A DNA stretch of 64,000 nt, taken from positions 62,633 to 126,632 of the forward strand of contig JANRLD010000026.1 of NCBI GenBank assembly GCA_033762915.1, given 5' to 3'. The translations under genes were made by a program, and so were the position numbers. Origin of the DNA: Meiothermus sp. GTDB taxonomy: Bacteria > Deinococcota > Deinococci > Deinococcales > Thermaceae. Below are positions 1 through 9,492 of this stretch, one piece after another. The first letter of the stretch is position 1. Every line of letters starts with the position of its first letter. Under the pieces are notes generated by a model. The model saw only the letters and a program-made list of their open reading frames with translations. It did not search any database and was not told the origin of the DNA.

Positions 1-314
1 GTGCGGATTTCGTGGCTCATGTTAGCCAGGAACTCCGACTTCAGCCGCGACACCTCCAGGGCCTTGTCGCGGGCCCCGGCCAGCTCGCGCAGGGTCTGCT
101 GGTGCCGGACGATCTCGGCCTGGAGTTCGGTGTTGAGCGACTGCAGCTCGGCGGTGCGCAGCGAGACCCTCGCCTCGAGCTCGTCGCGGGAGGCCTGGAG
201 CTGCCGGTTGGCCAGATAGAGCTCGCGGCTCTTCTCCTCCAGGAGCGCTTCGGCGTTTTTGCGGGCTTGCTTCTCACGCTCGAGGCGGCGCTGCCAGACT
301 TCCAGGTCTTCCAT
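1..314 (-). CDS. Sensor histidine kinase, H-NOX-associated (5' part only; runs off the window)
   Basis: Not in the ORF track. Manual translation from ATG at 314 gives MEDLEVWQRRLEREKQARKNAEALLEEKSRELY...KSEFLANMSHEIR, a coiled coil leading into a HisKA H-box. It lies directly downstream of the H-NOX gene. Confidence 0.9.
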   Translation of the reverse strand, partial: MEDLEVWQRRLEREKQARKNAEALLEEKSRELYLANRQLQASRDELEARVSLRTAELQSLNTELQAEIVRHQQTLRELAGARDKALEVSRLKSEFLANMSHEIR

Positions 315-343
315 GGGTTTCCTCGGGGCGGCGGGCAGGGCGG

Positions 344-886
344 CTAGGCCGCCTTGGTCAGCACAAAGCGGGTGTGGGTGCCGGCCTCGTCGAGGTTCTC
401 GCGCAGGATCTCGATGGACTCGCCGAAGTGCTCGACCGAGGACTCGATGAGGCCGTGGGCCAGGTCGGCGAAGGGGCGGGTTGAGCGGTAGGTGAGCACG
501 AAACGGTCGGGCCCGGGGCGGCTGCTCTCGAAGCGCGGCAGCTCGGCGTCGGGGTAGAGCTTGTGCACCTCGACGTGGATGTGGCCGTCGATGCTCTCGA
601 GGAAGTCGAAGGTGTTGCCCACCCGTGAGAAGAAGGCGGCGTGGTGGCTGGTGAAATGCTTGAAGATGTAGCGCCCATAGGCCCGGATCAGCTCGGGGAC
701 GGCGATGCCCGAGGCGCCGTGCAGGTTGGCCACCAGCTGCACCAGCTCGCCGTGGTCGTAGGTGCCCACCGCGGTGTAGCTGCCCCCCGAAGCCAGCCGG
801 GCCTCGCCGAGAATGCGGTCCACGGTCTGGTAGCCGAACTGGCTCTCCACCATCTCCAAGAATTCCGTAAAGATTACGCCCTTCAT
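344..886 (-). CDS. H-NOX (heme NO/O2-binding) domain protein
   Basis: MKGVIF start, proximal His segment HIHVEVHKLYPDAELP, YxSxR heme motif (YRSTR), 180 aa. Confidence 0.93.
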   Translation of the reverse strand: MKGVIFTEFLEMVESQFGYQTVDRILGEARLASGGSYTAVGTYDHGELVQLVANLHGASGIAVPELIRAYGRYIFKHFTSHHAAFFSRVGNTFDFLESIDGHIHVEVHKLYPDAELPRFESSRPGPDRFVLTYRSTRPFADLAHGLIESSVEHFGESIEILRENLDEAGTHTRFVLTKAA

Positions 887-1052
887 CCCTAAACTATAGT
901 GATCTCAGCAGCCCCCCGATGTGAAAAATGGCCGGCCGTTTTGTGGCCTGAACCCCAGCCCGCGCTGAGGTTCGCCAGTTAAGGAAACGCGTTTCGTCAA
1001 TTCGTGTGACCTATTCACCCGTACGCCCCCCTGCCGGGCATACGATCATCGT

Positions 1053-1736
1053 ATGCTCAAGGTCTTGGTGATCGACGACGAGTCGGTGGTACGCAAGCTA
1101 CTGCGGACGGTGCTGGAGCGCGGGGGGTACCAGGTCTTGGAGGCGGTCAACGGCCTGCAGGCGCTCGACCTGCTGCCTAAGGCCGATCTGGTGGTGCTGG
1201 ACTGGAACATGCCCGAGATGGACGGCATCGAGCTGTTGGAGCACATTCGCCAGACCCAGTGCGATCTGCCCACCCTGATGCTCACCGCGCACGACCGGGA
1301 GAGCGAGCGGGTGCGGGGGCTGCGCTCGGGGGCCGACGACTACATGGGCAAGCCCCTGCGCAACGAGGAGTTCTTGGCCAGGGTGGAGGCCCTGCTGCGG
1401 CGCTCGAGGCGCGTGCAGACCCTGCGCGTCGGCCCGCTCGAGCTCGACCCCGCCAGCCAGGACGCCCGCCTCGACGGGATGCCCCTCGAGCTGACCCCCA
1501 CCGAGTTTCGCCTGCTGCTGGCGCTGGCCCGCTACCCCGGCCAGACCCTCCCCCGCAAGGCCCTCTTCTCCCAGGTCTGGGGCGACGACCCCGAGGTCGA
1601 CGAGCGCATCGTGGACTACTACGTCAAGCGTTTGCGCAAGAAGCTGGGCGACCATCCCAAACACCCCCGCTACCTCGAGACCTCCTTCGGACGCGGCTAC
1701 CGCATCAAGCACGAACCGGTCGCTGTCCCGGCCTAA
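1053..1736 (+). CDS. OmpR/PhoB-family DNA-binding response regulator
   Basis: Receiver motifs (VIDDE, LDWNMPEMDG, GADDYMGKP) plus winged helix (LTPTEFRLL, LRKKL, GRGY). Confidence 0.95.
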   Translation: MLKVLVIDDESVVRKLLRTVLERGGYQVLEAVNGLQALDLLPKADLVVLDWNMPEMDGIELLEHIRQTQCDLPTLMLTAHDRESERVRGLRSGADDYMGKPLRNEEFLARVEALLRRSRRVQTLRVGPLELDPASQDARLDGMPLELTPTEFRLLLALARYPGQTLPRKALFSQVWGDDPEVDERIVDYYVKRLRKKLGDHPKHPRYLETSFGRGYRIKHEPVAVPA

Positions 1737-1764
1737 GCTTCCGCTCTTTCTTGGGGCCGGGGCC

Positions 1765-3456
1765 TCAGGGCTGGCTCCACTGGAGGCTGCGGAAGAGGAT
1801 CGAGAGGGGGCGCGAGTCGCCCTTGGCGAAGTCGCTGCCCGAGCCGTTGTAGTGCTTGACCCGGAACTCCAGGGTGTTCCTGCCGGGCTCGAAGCGCAGC
1901 TCGAGGGCCCGCTGGAGGTCTTGGCCGGCCGGCAGGCCCGAGAGGGTCTCCAGGGGCTTGCCGTTCCACAGCACCACCAACTCCTGGCCCGCGATGGGGT
2001 TGTAGAAGGTGAACTGTACGCGGCCGGTCTTCTCGCCCGCCGACCACACCGACACGCTGGTCGAGGCCCCCTCAGCCCAGCGGATACTGCCGTTCTCTGA
2101 GTCGCTGAAGCCCTGCAGGGCCACTTTAGCGGGGTTGGTGGCCACCAGGTCAAGGGTCCCGGGGGCGGGGGTGAGGGTGCTCACCACCTCGGCGGGCAGG
2201 GAGCACAGCCGGGCGCGCTCGAGCCGGAACGAGCCGTTCTTGCTGCTGAAGGCCAGCTGCTGGGGTGTGCCGGGGCGGTCGAGGTAGAGGGGCACCTTGA
2301 TGCGGTAGGCGGTGCCCTCGGGCCCCAGCTTCAGGCTGAGCTCGCGGCTCATGCCCGCGCCGCTGAGCTGCACGCCCAGGCGCTCGGTGCCCTTGGGGGT
2401 GACGTCGGCCACCAGGTAGTCGCCCAGGCTCAACTTGGGCAGGGTGAGGGCCTTGCCGTCGGAGGTCAGCGGGCGGGGGCTGGCGCAGCCGTCGAGGATC
2501 AGGGGGGCCAGGGTGAGCGCCCATTCCTGCGGAAGGGCGGCCTGATCCACGTCCAGCAGGAAGGCCTCCCATAGCTGCCAGATCACCACCTTGGGCGGGG
2601 TGCGCTGGAAGACGATGTCGCGCAGGTAGTCCTCCATGGGCAGCCAGGGGCCCCGGCCGGCCTGGGCGGCGTTGGCCACCTCGCGGCCCAGGAAGGCGTT
2701 TAGGCCGAGGTCGAAGGGCCACAGTCGACCACCCTTGGAGGCCGAGGAGCCGACCAGGGTCACCAGCGGGTCGGTCTGGTCCAGCAAGCCGCCGCCGGGG
2801 GAGAGCCGCTTGAGCTCGTAGGGGACGAAGGGCTCAGGTTTGTAGGCGGCCTGGCGGTTCTGGGGCAGCCGGGGGGTCAGGCTGGACTCGAGGTAGGTCT
2901 CGGGCTTCTGGGCCACCAGGTCGAAGTTCACCGCGGGGATGTCCTTCAGATCGAGGTTGGCCTTGATGTAGTCGCCAACCGCCTTGGCCGCGATCACTGC
3001 GCCGCGGCTGGACCAGTGGTGGTCCTGCTTCTGGTAGACCGGGTACTGGGCCTCCTCGGGGGCCCGGCGGCCGGCCGCCATGGGGGTGTAGAGGTCCACG
3101 GTGCGGACGTTCATCTCGCGCAGCTGGGTTATGGCCCGGGTGTAGCGGGTGCGGATGGGGTCGGTCAGGGGCAGGTCGTCGGGCAACTGGTCGCTGTAGA
3201 GGTGCAGCTTGGCCGGGACCAGCGCCACCACCAGCTTGATGCCCCGCGACTCGAAGAGCCGGTTGACGGTTGCTATGAAGCGTAGCTTCTCGTCGATGTC
3301 CTGGGGGGTCTCCTGCTTGTATTGGCCGAACTCGGCCACGTGGAAGAGCCAGCCGTTCTTGCCCTGGGCGACGCCGCGCTGCTGCAGGTCTTCGACCGAG
3401 CCGGCCAGGGCCAGCCCGCCGAGGGCGAGGGTGGAGAGTAGATGGAGTAGTCGCAT
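1765..3456 (-). CDS. AlgX/AlgJ-family SGNH-like O-acetyltransferase with C-terminal beta-sandwich domains (AlgX-like)
   Basis: Signal peptide, GKNGWLF, LVPAK, DHHW (DxH) and LVGSS catalytic motifs. Last gene of the algI-J-F run. Confidence 0.8.
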   Translation of the reverse strand: MRLLHLLSTLALGGLALAGSVEDLQQRGVAQGKNGWLFHVAEFGQYKQETPQDIDEKLRFIATVNRLFESRGIKLVVALVPAKLHLYSDQLPDDLPLTDPIRTRYTRAITQLREMNVRTVDLYTPMAAGRRAPEEAQYPVYQKQDHHWSSRGAVIAAKAVGDYIKANLDLKDIPAVNFDLVAQKPETYLESSLTPRLPQNRQAAYKPEPFVPYELKRLSPGGGLLDQTDPLVTLVGSSASKGGRLWPFDLGLNAFLGREVANAAQAGRGPWLPMEDYLRDIVFQRTPPKVVIWQLWEAFLLDVDQAALPQEWALTLAPLILDGCASPRPLTSDGKALTLPKLSLGDYLVADVTPKGTERLGVQLSGAGMSRELSLKLGPEGTAYRIKVPLYLDRPGTPQQLAFSSKNGSFRLERARLCSLPAEVVSTLTPAPGTLDLVATNPAKVALQGFSDSENGSIRWAEGASTSVSVWSAGEKTGRVQFTFYNPIAGQELVVLWNGKPLETLSGLPAGQDLQRALELRFEPGRNTLEFRVKHYNGSGSDFAKGDSRPLSILFRSLQWSQP

Positions 3457-3481
3457 GGTTTCACCTCGGTTCGTGCGGGGT

Positions 3482-4102
3482 TTACTTAAGGGTCTCGGTG
3501 GTGTTCTGTAGCCAGACGGCCTTGAGGGTGCCGCCCTGGTTGAAGACCATCACGCTATAGGCGCTGTTGGCCTGGAGGTCGGTCTCGGGCAGCTTGAGGG
3601 GTTTCGCGTTGCCCGCGAAGACTGCCAAGCGGGCCTTGACCGCCCCCACCTGGAGCATCGCGTACTGCCCGGGGGTCACCCTGGGCATCAGGGTGAGCTG
3701 GCCATCGGCGGTTTTGAGGCTGAGGGGGGTGCCCGAGAGGTTGTAGAGGCTGATGCGGGCCTTGGTCAGGCTCGAGGCGGTCTGATCGGGGTTGAGCCAG
3801 AGGCCGCTGGGGGTGAGGGAGACGGTGTAAAACCGGCCGGCCTCGAGGTCGACGCTGATGGTTCTGCCGCCGACCTCCAGGGTGTAGCTTCCGCCCTTGA
3901 TCACCTTGTACGGGGTGACCGCCGCGAAGGCCAGTCTCTCGGCCAGCACGGTCTGCCGTGCGCTGGCCCGCACCGCGGCGGGGGTGGCGTTGACCACCCG
4001 CACGAACGCGGCGTCGGGGGGTGGGGCCGGGGCGTAGAGGCCGGCCGGGTTGGCCAGGCCGAGGCCGAGGAGGGCGAGGGAAATGGAAGCAATCTTTTTC
4101 AT
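3482..4102 (-). CDS. algF: AlgF-like O-acetylation accessory protein
   Basis: Signal peptide then LYAPAPPPDAAFVRVVNA and ARISLYNLS...LSLKTADG, typical of AlgF. AAGGAG RBS before ATG 4102. Confidence 0.85.
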   Translation of the reverse strand: MKKIASISLALLGLGLANPAGLYAPAPPPDAAFVRVVNATPAAVRASARQTVLAERLAFAAVTPYKVIKGGSYTLEVGGRTISVDLEAGRFYTVSLTPSGLWLNPDQTASSLTKARISLYNLSGTPLSLKTADGQLTLMPRVTPGQYAMLQVGAVKARLAVFAGNAKPLKLPETDLQANSAYSVMVFNQGGTLKAVWLQNTTETLK

Positions 4103-4104
4103 GT

Positions 4105-5193
4105 TCACTCCTTTACGGTTGGGCTAAGGTGGGCTAAGGACGGAAGGTGCTCTTCGAGGGGCAGATACAAGAAGCGCTCGGAGAACTCCCAGACCACCAC
4201 CTTGGGGGCCGGGCTGAGGCTGGCGAGCTGGGGCAGGAAGCGGTTCATGCTGCCGGCGAAACCCGAGCCCTCCTGAGCCAGGTTGAGCACCGGCGACCTC
4301 AGGGCTTCCTGCAAGAAGCCCTGGAAGTTGCCGCGCAGGCTGTAGGAGGTCCCCACCAGCACCACCTCGGGCTCGCTCCCGCCCAGCAGCCCCTGGTTGG
4401 CCGCCGACACCGTCTCCACCTGCAGGGGGGCCTCGAGGTCGCCCTCCGGGCGCCAGCCCGCGGGCAGGTCGGCCAGCCCCATCAGGTTGATCAGGTCGCC
4501 CACCCGCTCGGCCGGCGGGCCGGCGGGCCGGCTGCGGAACTGGGTTTCGGGCAGGCTCAGCCCTAAGGCCAGGACGGTGCGGGCCACGGCCTGTGCGCCG
4601 ATCTCGGCCCCGGACTGGTTCCAGTGGGTGTCGGTCTTGTAGAAGACCGGAGCCTGGGCGGCGGCGGCGCTGAGGGGTTGGGTCAGCCGCACGGCCGGCA
4701 CCCCGCGGGCCCCAAGCCGGCTCAGGAAGTCCTCGAGGCCCCCCTGGAGCTGCTCCGGCAGGCCCAGCCCGGGCAGGGACTCGGGGTGGATGCGGGCCTT
4801 GGCGGGCACCACCACCACCACCAGCCGGGTGCCCCGGGCCCGCAGGGCGCCCTCGAGTGCTGCCACGGCCTCGGCCCGGCGCTCGAGGTGGCCCTGCCAG
4901 CCGGGGATCGGCCGCAGCTCCTGGCTCAGGTACAGCCAGCCCCCCGACCCCAGCACCACCGCGTCGGGGGCGGTGCGCAGCAGGCGGTAGCGCAGGGCGT
5001 TGGCGGCCTGGATGGCGGGCTTGCGGGTGGCCAGGGCGTCCTCGACCTTGCGCGGCTCCAGGCTTCCGACGCTCAGCGCCGCGGCCGTGCAGAAGGCCAA
5101 CCCGACACCCAGCACCGTCAGCAGGCCGACGGTCGGGAGCAGATAGGGGGAGGGCGGAGAATCGGGGCGGGACTTAAGGCGGGGCAGGATCAC
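4105..5193 (-). CDS. algJ: AlgJ-like O-acetyltransferase
   Basis: N-terminal TM helix, GSGGWLY, VVPAK, KTDTHW and LVGTSYS motifs. True start is probably GTG 5193, since the longer ORF overlaps algI. Confidence 0.85.
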   Translation of the reverse strand: MILPRLKSRPDSPPSPYLLPTVGLLTVLGVGLAFCTAAALSVGSLEPRKVEDALATRKPAIQAANALRYRLLRTAPDAVVLGSGGWLYLSQELRPIPGWQGHLERRAEAVAALEGALRARGTRLVVVVVPAKARIHPESLPGLGLPEQLQGGLEDFLSRLGARGVPAVRLTQPLSAAAAQAPVFYKTDTHWNQSGAEIGAQAVARTVLALGLSLPETQFRSRPAGPPAERVGDLINLMGLADLPAGWRPEGDLEAPLQVETVSAANQGLLGGSEPEVVLVGTSYSLRGNFQGFLQEALRSPVLNLAQEGSGFAGSMNRFLPQLASLSPAPKVVVWEFSERFLYLPLEEHLPSLAHLSPTVKE

Positions 5194-5206
5194 GTCGTTC
5201 TCCGGG

Positions 5207-6613
5207 TCAGAAGCGGAAGTAGAGGAAGGGGACGAACTCGTGGGCCGAGGCCAGCAGCAGGGCCACCACGAACAGCGGGAAGACCAGGGTGCGCACCGCA
5301 GGTAGGTAGCGCTGCAGCTCGAGGTGGTCCAGGTGGGGGGCTCCGTAACACAGCGCCGTGCCCAGCACCAGCACCGCCACCCGCTCGGGGGTAAGGGCCA
5401 GCGAGACCGACAGCGAGAGCCCCAGGCCGTACATCCCGAAGGCGCCCAGGTACATATTCGCAGCGTCTTGCAGGCTGTCGCTGACGAACAAAATCCGCCC
5501 CAGCACCACAATCACCAGCATCTTGGGGACGGCGTACCAGATGGGCGGGGGCGGGCGCTTGAAGCGGTCCTTGAGGTAGCGCTCGAGCATTAGGAAGAGC
5601 CCGTTGTAAACCCCCCAGACCACGAAGGTCCAGTTGGCTCCGTGCCACAGCCCGCCCAGCACCATGGTGATGGCCAGGTTGGCGTAGGTGCGCAGGTCGC
5701 CCTTGCGGTTGCCCCCCAGGGGGATGTAGAGGTAGTGGCGCAGGAAGCTCGACAGCGAGAGGTGCCAGCGCTGCCAGAACTCGGTGATGCTCTGGGCGGT
5801 GTAGGGGTGACGGAAGTTTTCGGGGATGCGCAGGCCCAGCATGGCCGCGACCCCGATGGCCATATCGGAGTAGCCGCTGAAGTCGTAGTAGAGCTGGATG
5901 GTGTAGGCGAAGGCGCCCAGCCAGGCGTCGGCCATGCTGGGGTTGGGTACGCTGAATGCGGCCTGTACCAGCGGGGCCAGGCTGTCGGCGATCAGCACCT
6001 TCTTGCTGAACCCCACCATAAAGCGCATGGCCCCCCAGCCGAAGAGGTCGGTCTCCATTTGGGGCGCGGCGAACTGCGGCCCGGTCTTCTGGTAGCGCTG
6101 GATGGGGCCGTTGAGCAGGTAGCCGAAGAACGAGAGGTAGGCCGCGAAGCGCCAGGGGCTGGGCTCGGGCTGGGCCTCCTTGCGGTACACGTCGACCATG
6201 TAGCTGATGGCGCTGAAGACGTAGAAGCTGAGCCCCACTGGCAGGGCTAAGTTGAGGGTCGGGGAGAGCCAGCCCTGGGTCTCGAGGCCTAGGCCACCCA
6301 GCAGCCCCTTAAGGGCCTCGAGGCCGAAGCCGGAGTATTTAAAGTAGCCCAGCACCCCCAGGTTGAAGACCACGCCCAGGCTCAGCAGGCGCAGGTTACG
6401 CTTGGGGTTGTCGGTGGTCACGCCCCGCCCTACCAGGAAGCTGACCAGGGTCACCAGGCCCAGCAGCAGGGCGTATTGGGGCTGCCAGGCGGCGTAGAAG
6501 AGGTAGCTGGCTCCCAGGATCAAGTAAGCCCGCAGCCGGGCCGGGGTCATCCAGTAGATGACCAGGAACAGCGGGAAGAAGCCAAAGAAGAAACTGGGGG
6601 AAGTGAAACTCAT
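5207..6613 (-). CDS. algI: AlgI-like MBOAT O-acyltransferase
   Basis: LPVGLSFY, DFSGYSDMAIG, FWQRWHLSLS, GLWHGANWTF (catalytic His) and C-terminal FLYFRF. Confidence 0.93.
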   Translation of the reverse strand: MSFTSPSFFFGFFPLFLVIYWMTPARLRAYLILGASYLFYAAWQPQYALLLGLVTLVSFLVGRGVTTDNPKRNLRLLSLGVVFNLGVLGYFKYSGFGLEALKGLLGGLGLETQGWLSPTLNLALPVGLSFYVFSAISYMVDVYRKEAQPEPSPWRFAAYLSFFGYLLNGPIQRYQKTGPQFAAPQMETDLFGWGAMRFMVGFSKKVLIADSLAPLVQAAFSVPNPSMADAWLGAFAYTIQLYYDFSGYSDMAIGVAAMLGLRIPENFRHPYTAQSITEFWQRWHLSLSSFLRHYLYIPLGGNRKGDLRTYANLAITMVLGGLWHGANWTFVVWGVYNGLFLMLERYLKDRFKRPPPPIWYAVPKMLVIVVLGRILFVSDSLQDAANMYLGAFGMYGLGLSLSVSLALTPERVAVLVLGTALCYGAPHLDHLELQRYLPAVRTLVFPLFVVALLLASAHEFVPFLYFRF

Positions 6614-6743
6614 CACTACAACCTGAGCCCCAGGGTAGAGAGGAGTTGTGGGAAAGTCGTGGGCAGACAGAGGAGCTGTACGGGAGCGGTTTTTTGCTTC
6701 GGGGGGTCCGCCAACTCCCTGCCCGCGGCCCTCGAGGTGCGTC

Positions 6744-8315
6744 TCAATCGGGCTTCTTCGGCCCCGCCCTGCGCCTTCGCCACCGACGCCAGCCCCATAC
6801 CGCGAGGCCCAGCCCCAGCAAGCCCAGCAGCCCCAGCAGGGCGAAGGGTGCGCGCTTAATGAGGCTGTCGAGGAGCGTGGGCGGGGTCACCGCCTCGCCC
6901 ATCAGCAGCCGGGCGGCGGGCTTGAGGCTGCCGTCGGTGCGCAGCACCCCCAGGTGGCGCTCCACCCCGCGTCCGCCCGGCATGGTCCCCCGGTCGAAGT
7001 CGTAGAGCGTCCAGGCCAGCCAGCCCACGCCGTAGCGGCGGCACAGCTCCAGCACCTCGCGGTAATACTGGGCCTGCTCGGCCTCGGTGTGGGGGTCGGG
7101 GATCTTGAGGCGCTGGGTGTGGAAGCCGAACTCCTCGAGCAGCAGCGGCTTGCCGGTGGCTTTGAGTCGCTCTAGCCGCCCGCGCAGGGCCTGCGTCGAG
7201 CCGTAGTGGTGCAGGCTAACGATATCCAGCTCGGGGATCAGGGCCGGGGCGGGCTCGATGAACCCCAGGGTCACCGGCTTGCCGCCGAGGTGGCGCACCG
7301 CCCGCACCCACAGGCGCAAGAACTCCACCACGTTGCCCTCCTCGGCCCGGGCGTAGTCGCGGTCGGGTTCGTTCTTGCCGTCCACCGCCCATACGGCGGG
7401 GTGGCGCAGCAGCGGGGCGATCTCCTCGAGGTGCGCGAAGATGCCCGGGAAGTCTTCCAGGCGGTAGCGGGTGTAGTGGTCGAGCAGGGTTACCATCACC
7501 TGCACCCCCTCTCGCCGGGCCAGCTCGAGGAAGTCGCCCAGGCGCTCGCGGTAGCCGGGCGGGGGCGGGTAGGGCACGAAAACCCGCACCACCCCCAGCC
7601 CCAGCATCCGCACCGTGCGGAGGTCGCTGCCGGCCTCGCGCGGGTTGTAGGCAGGGCCGAACAGCTCGAAGGGGGCCGAGCGGGGCTGGTAGTTGATGCC
7701 GCGCAGGTCCTCGGTCGCGGCCGCCAGGGTGGCCGCGAGCACCGGCCGTTCGGCCGTCACGCGCCAGTGGTGGATGCGCCAGTTTCCGTCGTCGAGCTGC
7801 ATCACCACCTCGAGCTGCCGCTCGGCCAGCCGGGCCGCCCGGCCGGGGAAGCCCTGGGCGTACCAATAGGTGTCGCTGAAGGCCACGGTGGCCCCGTCGG
7901 GGGCATAGAAGTGCAGCCGAAGCCGGTGCTTCCAGTCCACCAGCACCCCGCGCGGGCCCCGCGCCATCAGCAGGGCGTCCTCCAGGGCGCCCTCGTGGAA
8001 GTAGGAGCGCAGCCCCGTGGCTTCCCCGGTAAGGTGGGCGTGGCTCAGCTCCTCGTGGGCCAGCAGGTAGTCGCTGGTGATCTCGTCGCGCCGGAAGCGC
8101 TGCAGGGGGCGCGGGGTGGGCCTGTCGGGCAGCCACTCCAGGCGCCCCTTGGCAGCCCGGCGCGGCTCGATCAGGTTGAGGGCCTGCTCGGTCACCTCGG
8201 AGCGCTGGGCGACCTGGAAGAGCTCGCTCAGGGCCCGCAGGCCGGCCAGGCCCAGGAGGCTCATGGCCAGCAGGGCCGCCACCCAGACCCGGCGCTTGAT
8301 CTGCAGGACGTTCAT
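6744..8315 (-). CDS. Membrane-anchored clan GH-A glycoside hydrolase (GH5/GH2-like) with N-terminal extra domain
   Basis: RGINY, VVRVF, KNEPD (acid/base), SLHHY, LLEEFG (nucleophile), WTLYDF. N- and C-terminal TM helices. ATG 8315 overlaps the upstream stop. Confidence 0.8.
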   Translation of the reverse strand: MNVLQIKRRVWVAALLAMSLLGLAGLRALSELFQVAQRSEVTEQALNLIEPRRAAKGRLEWLPDRPTPRPLQRFRRDEITSDYLLAHEELSHAHLTGEATGLRSYFHEGALEDALLMARGPRGVLVDWKHRLRLHFYAPDGATVAFSDTYWYAQGFPGRAARLAERQLEVVMQLDDGNWRIHHWRVTAERPVLAATLAAATEDLRGINYQPRSAPFELFGPAYNPREAGSDLRTVRMLGLGVVRVFVPYPPPPGYRERLGDFLELARREGVQVMVTLLDHYTRYRLEDFPGIFAHLEEIAPLLRHPAVWAVDGKNEPDRDYARAEEGNVVEFLRLWVRAVRHLGGKPVTLGFIEPAPALIPELDIVSLHHYGSTQALRGRLERLKATGKPLLLEEFGFHTQRLKIPDPHTEAEQAQYYREVLELCRRYGVGWLAWTLYDFDRGTMPGGRGVERHLGVLRTDGSLKPAARLLMGEAVTPPTLLDSLIKRAPFALLGLLGLLGLGLAVWGWRRWRRRRAGPKKPD

Positions 8316-9475
8316 GGGGCGGGTACCTCGAGCCGGCTGCTGCGGCCGCCCAGCTCGACCACCACCCAGGTCGGCTGGGCGAAGGCCGGGGGCTGCCAGC
8401 GGGCCCGGCCGTTCTCCAGCACCACGGTCTCCTCCAGCAGGAACCGGCCCTGGCGGTCCAGGAGCTGCAGCCGCGCCGGGGTGCCGTCGTCGGGCAGGGC
8501 CGACCGGGCGTCTTCGACCGGCCCGATCACGAGCACCCGGCCCTCCCACGCCAGCGGCAGCCGGCTGACCCGCAGGCCGGGCCGGGCCAGCAGGGGCTGG
8601 GGGGCGCTGCGGAAGTCCTCGCTGAAGAACTCAAAGGCATAGTTGCCGGCCTGACTGGGCGGCGGGAAGACCAGGGGTAGCCGACCCTGGTTGGCCGGCC
8701 GGGTCACGAACACGTCGAGCGGTCCTCCGCCCACCCCGCTCACCGCTAGGCCATCTAGGGCCGGGTTGCCCAGGCGGTCGCGCACGCCGCCCAGGGTGAG
8801 CTGCCAGCGGTCGCGCCCGTCGGCGTCGGCGGCCGGCTTCTGGGCGGCCGGGTCGGCGGCCACGGTTCGGCCCGGCAACACGTCCACCTCGGCCCGCTCG
8901 GCCCGGGCCCCCGCACTCTGCACCACCACCTTCAGCACGCCGGTCTTGTCCCCAGACGGGAAGTAGGTCCAGGCCAGCTGGTGGCGTACCGGTAGGGTGC
9001 GGCTCCAGGTGCGGCCGTCGGGGTAGTAGACCCGCACCTCGACGGGTTGGCTCGAGACGTTGGCGGCCCCGTCGAGGGGGTGGATGACCAGCGATGGGTT
9101 TTTGGCGCCCCCCACCCGCACCGCCCTGGCGCCCACCTTGGGGGCCAGGGGGGTCACCGGGGCGCGGCTCTCCAGCCTCAGCTCTCCCTCCTTGCTTCGG
9201 GCCCCTGCCTCGAGGCGGTAGGTCAGCAGCCCGGCCCGCCGGTAGGGCACCAGCACCTCGCCTTGGCCCTCGCCCACGATCGGACCGGCCGGGGTGTAGA
9301 GATAGACCCGGAACCACCCGGTTCCCCGGAACCTGAGACCCGCGCTCTCGGGGGTCACCCGGATCTTGTCCAGGTCGGCCGGCGCGGGCTCGGTCGCGGG
9401 GGCGGCCGGCGGGGCAAACCCGCCCCAGACCCACAATGTGGCCAGCAGCAGGAGCAACAGATAGAGCCAACGCAT
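8312..9475 (-). CDS. Exported hypothetical protein, probably Ig-like/beta-rich
   Basis: N-terminal hydrophobic signal or anchor. RDRLGNPALDG and ALPDDGT repeats resemble Big-type domains. Tightly packed in the operon. Confidence 0.65.
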   Translation of the reverse strand: MRWLYLLLLLLATLWVWGGFAPPAAPATEPAPADLDKIRVTPESAGLRFRGTGWFRVYLYTPAGPIVGEGQGEVLVPYRRAGLLTYRLEAGARSKEGELRLESRAPVTPLAPKVGARAVRVGGAKNPSLVIHPLDGAANVSSQPVEVRVYYPDGRTWSRTLPVRHQLAWTYFPSGDKTGVLKVVVQSAGARAERAEVDVLPGRTVAADPAAQKPAADADGRDRWQLTLGGVRDRLGNPALDGLAVSGVGGGPLDVFVTRPANQGRLPLVFPPPSQAGNYAFEFFSEDFRSAPQPLLARPGLRVSRLPLAWEGRVLVIGPVEDARSALPDDGTPARLQLLDRQGRFLLEETVVLENGRARWQPPAFAQPTWVVVELGGRSSRLEVPAP

Positions 9476-9492
9476 AACCAGCGGCATCGGTT

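Noticed and set aside
4105..5511. Extended algJ ORF overlapping algI; similarly the extended GH ORF to 8549
   Set aside because: The extensions overlap upstream genes out of frame and better starts exist (5193 and 8315).
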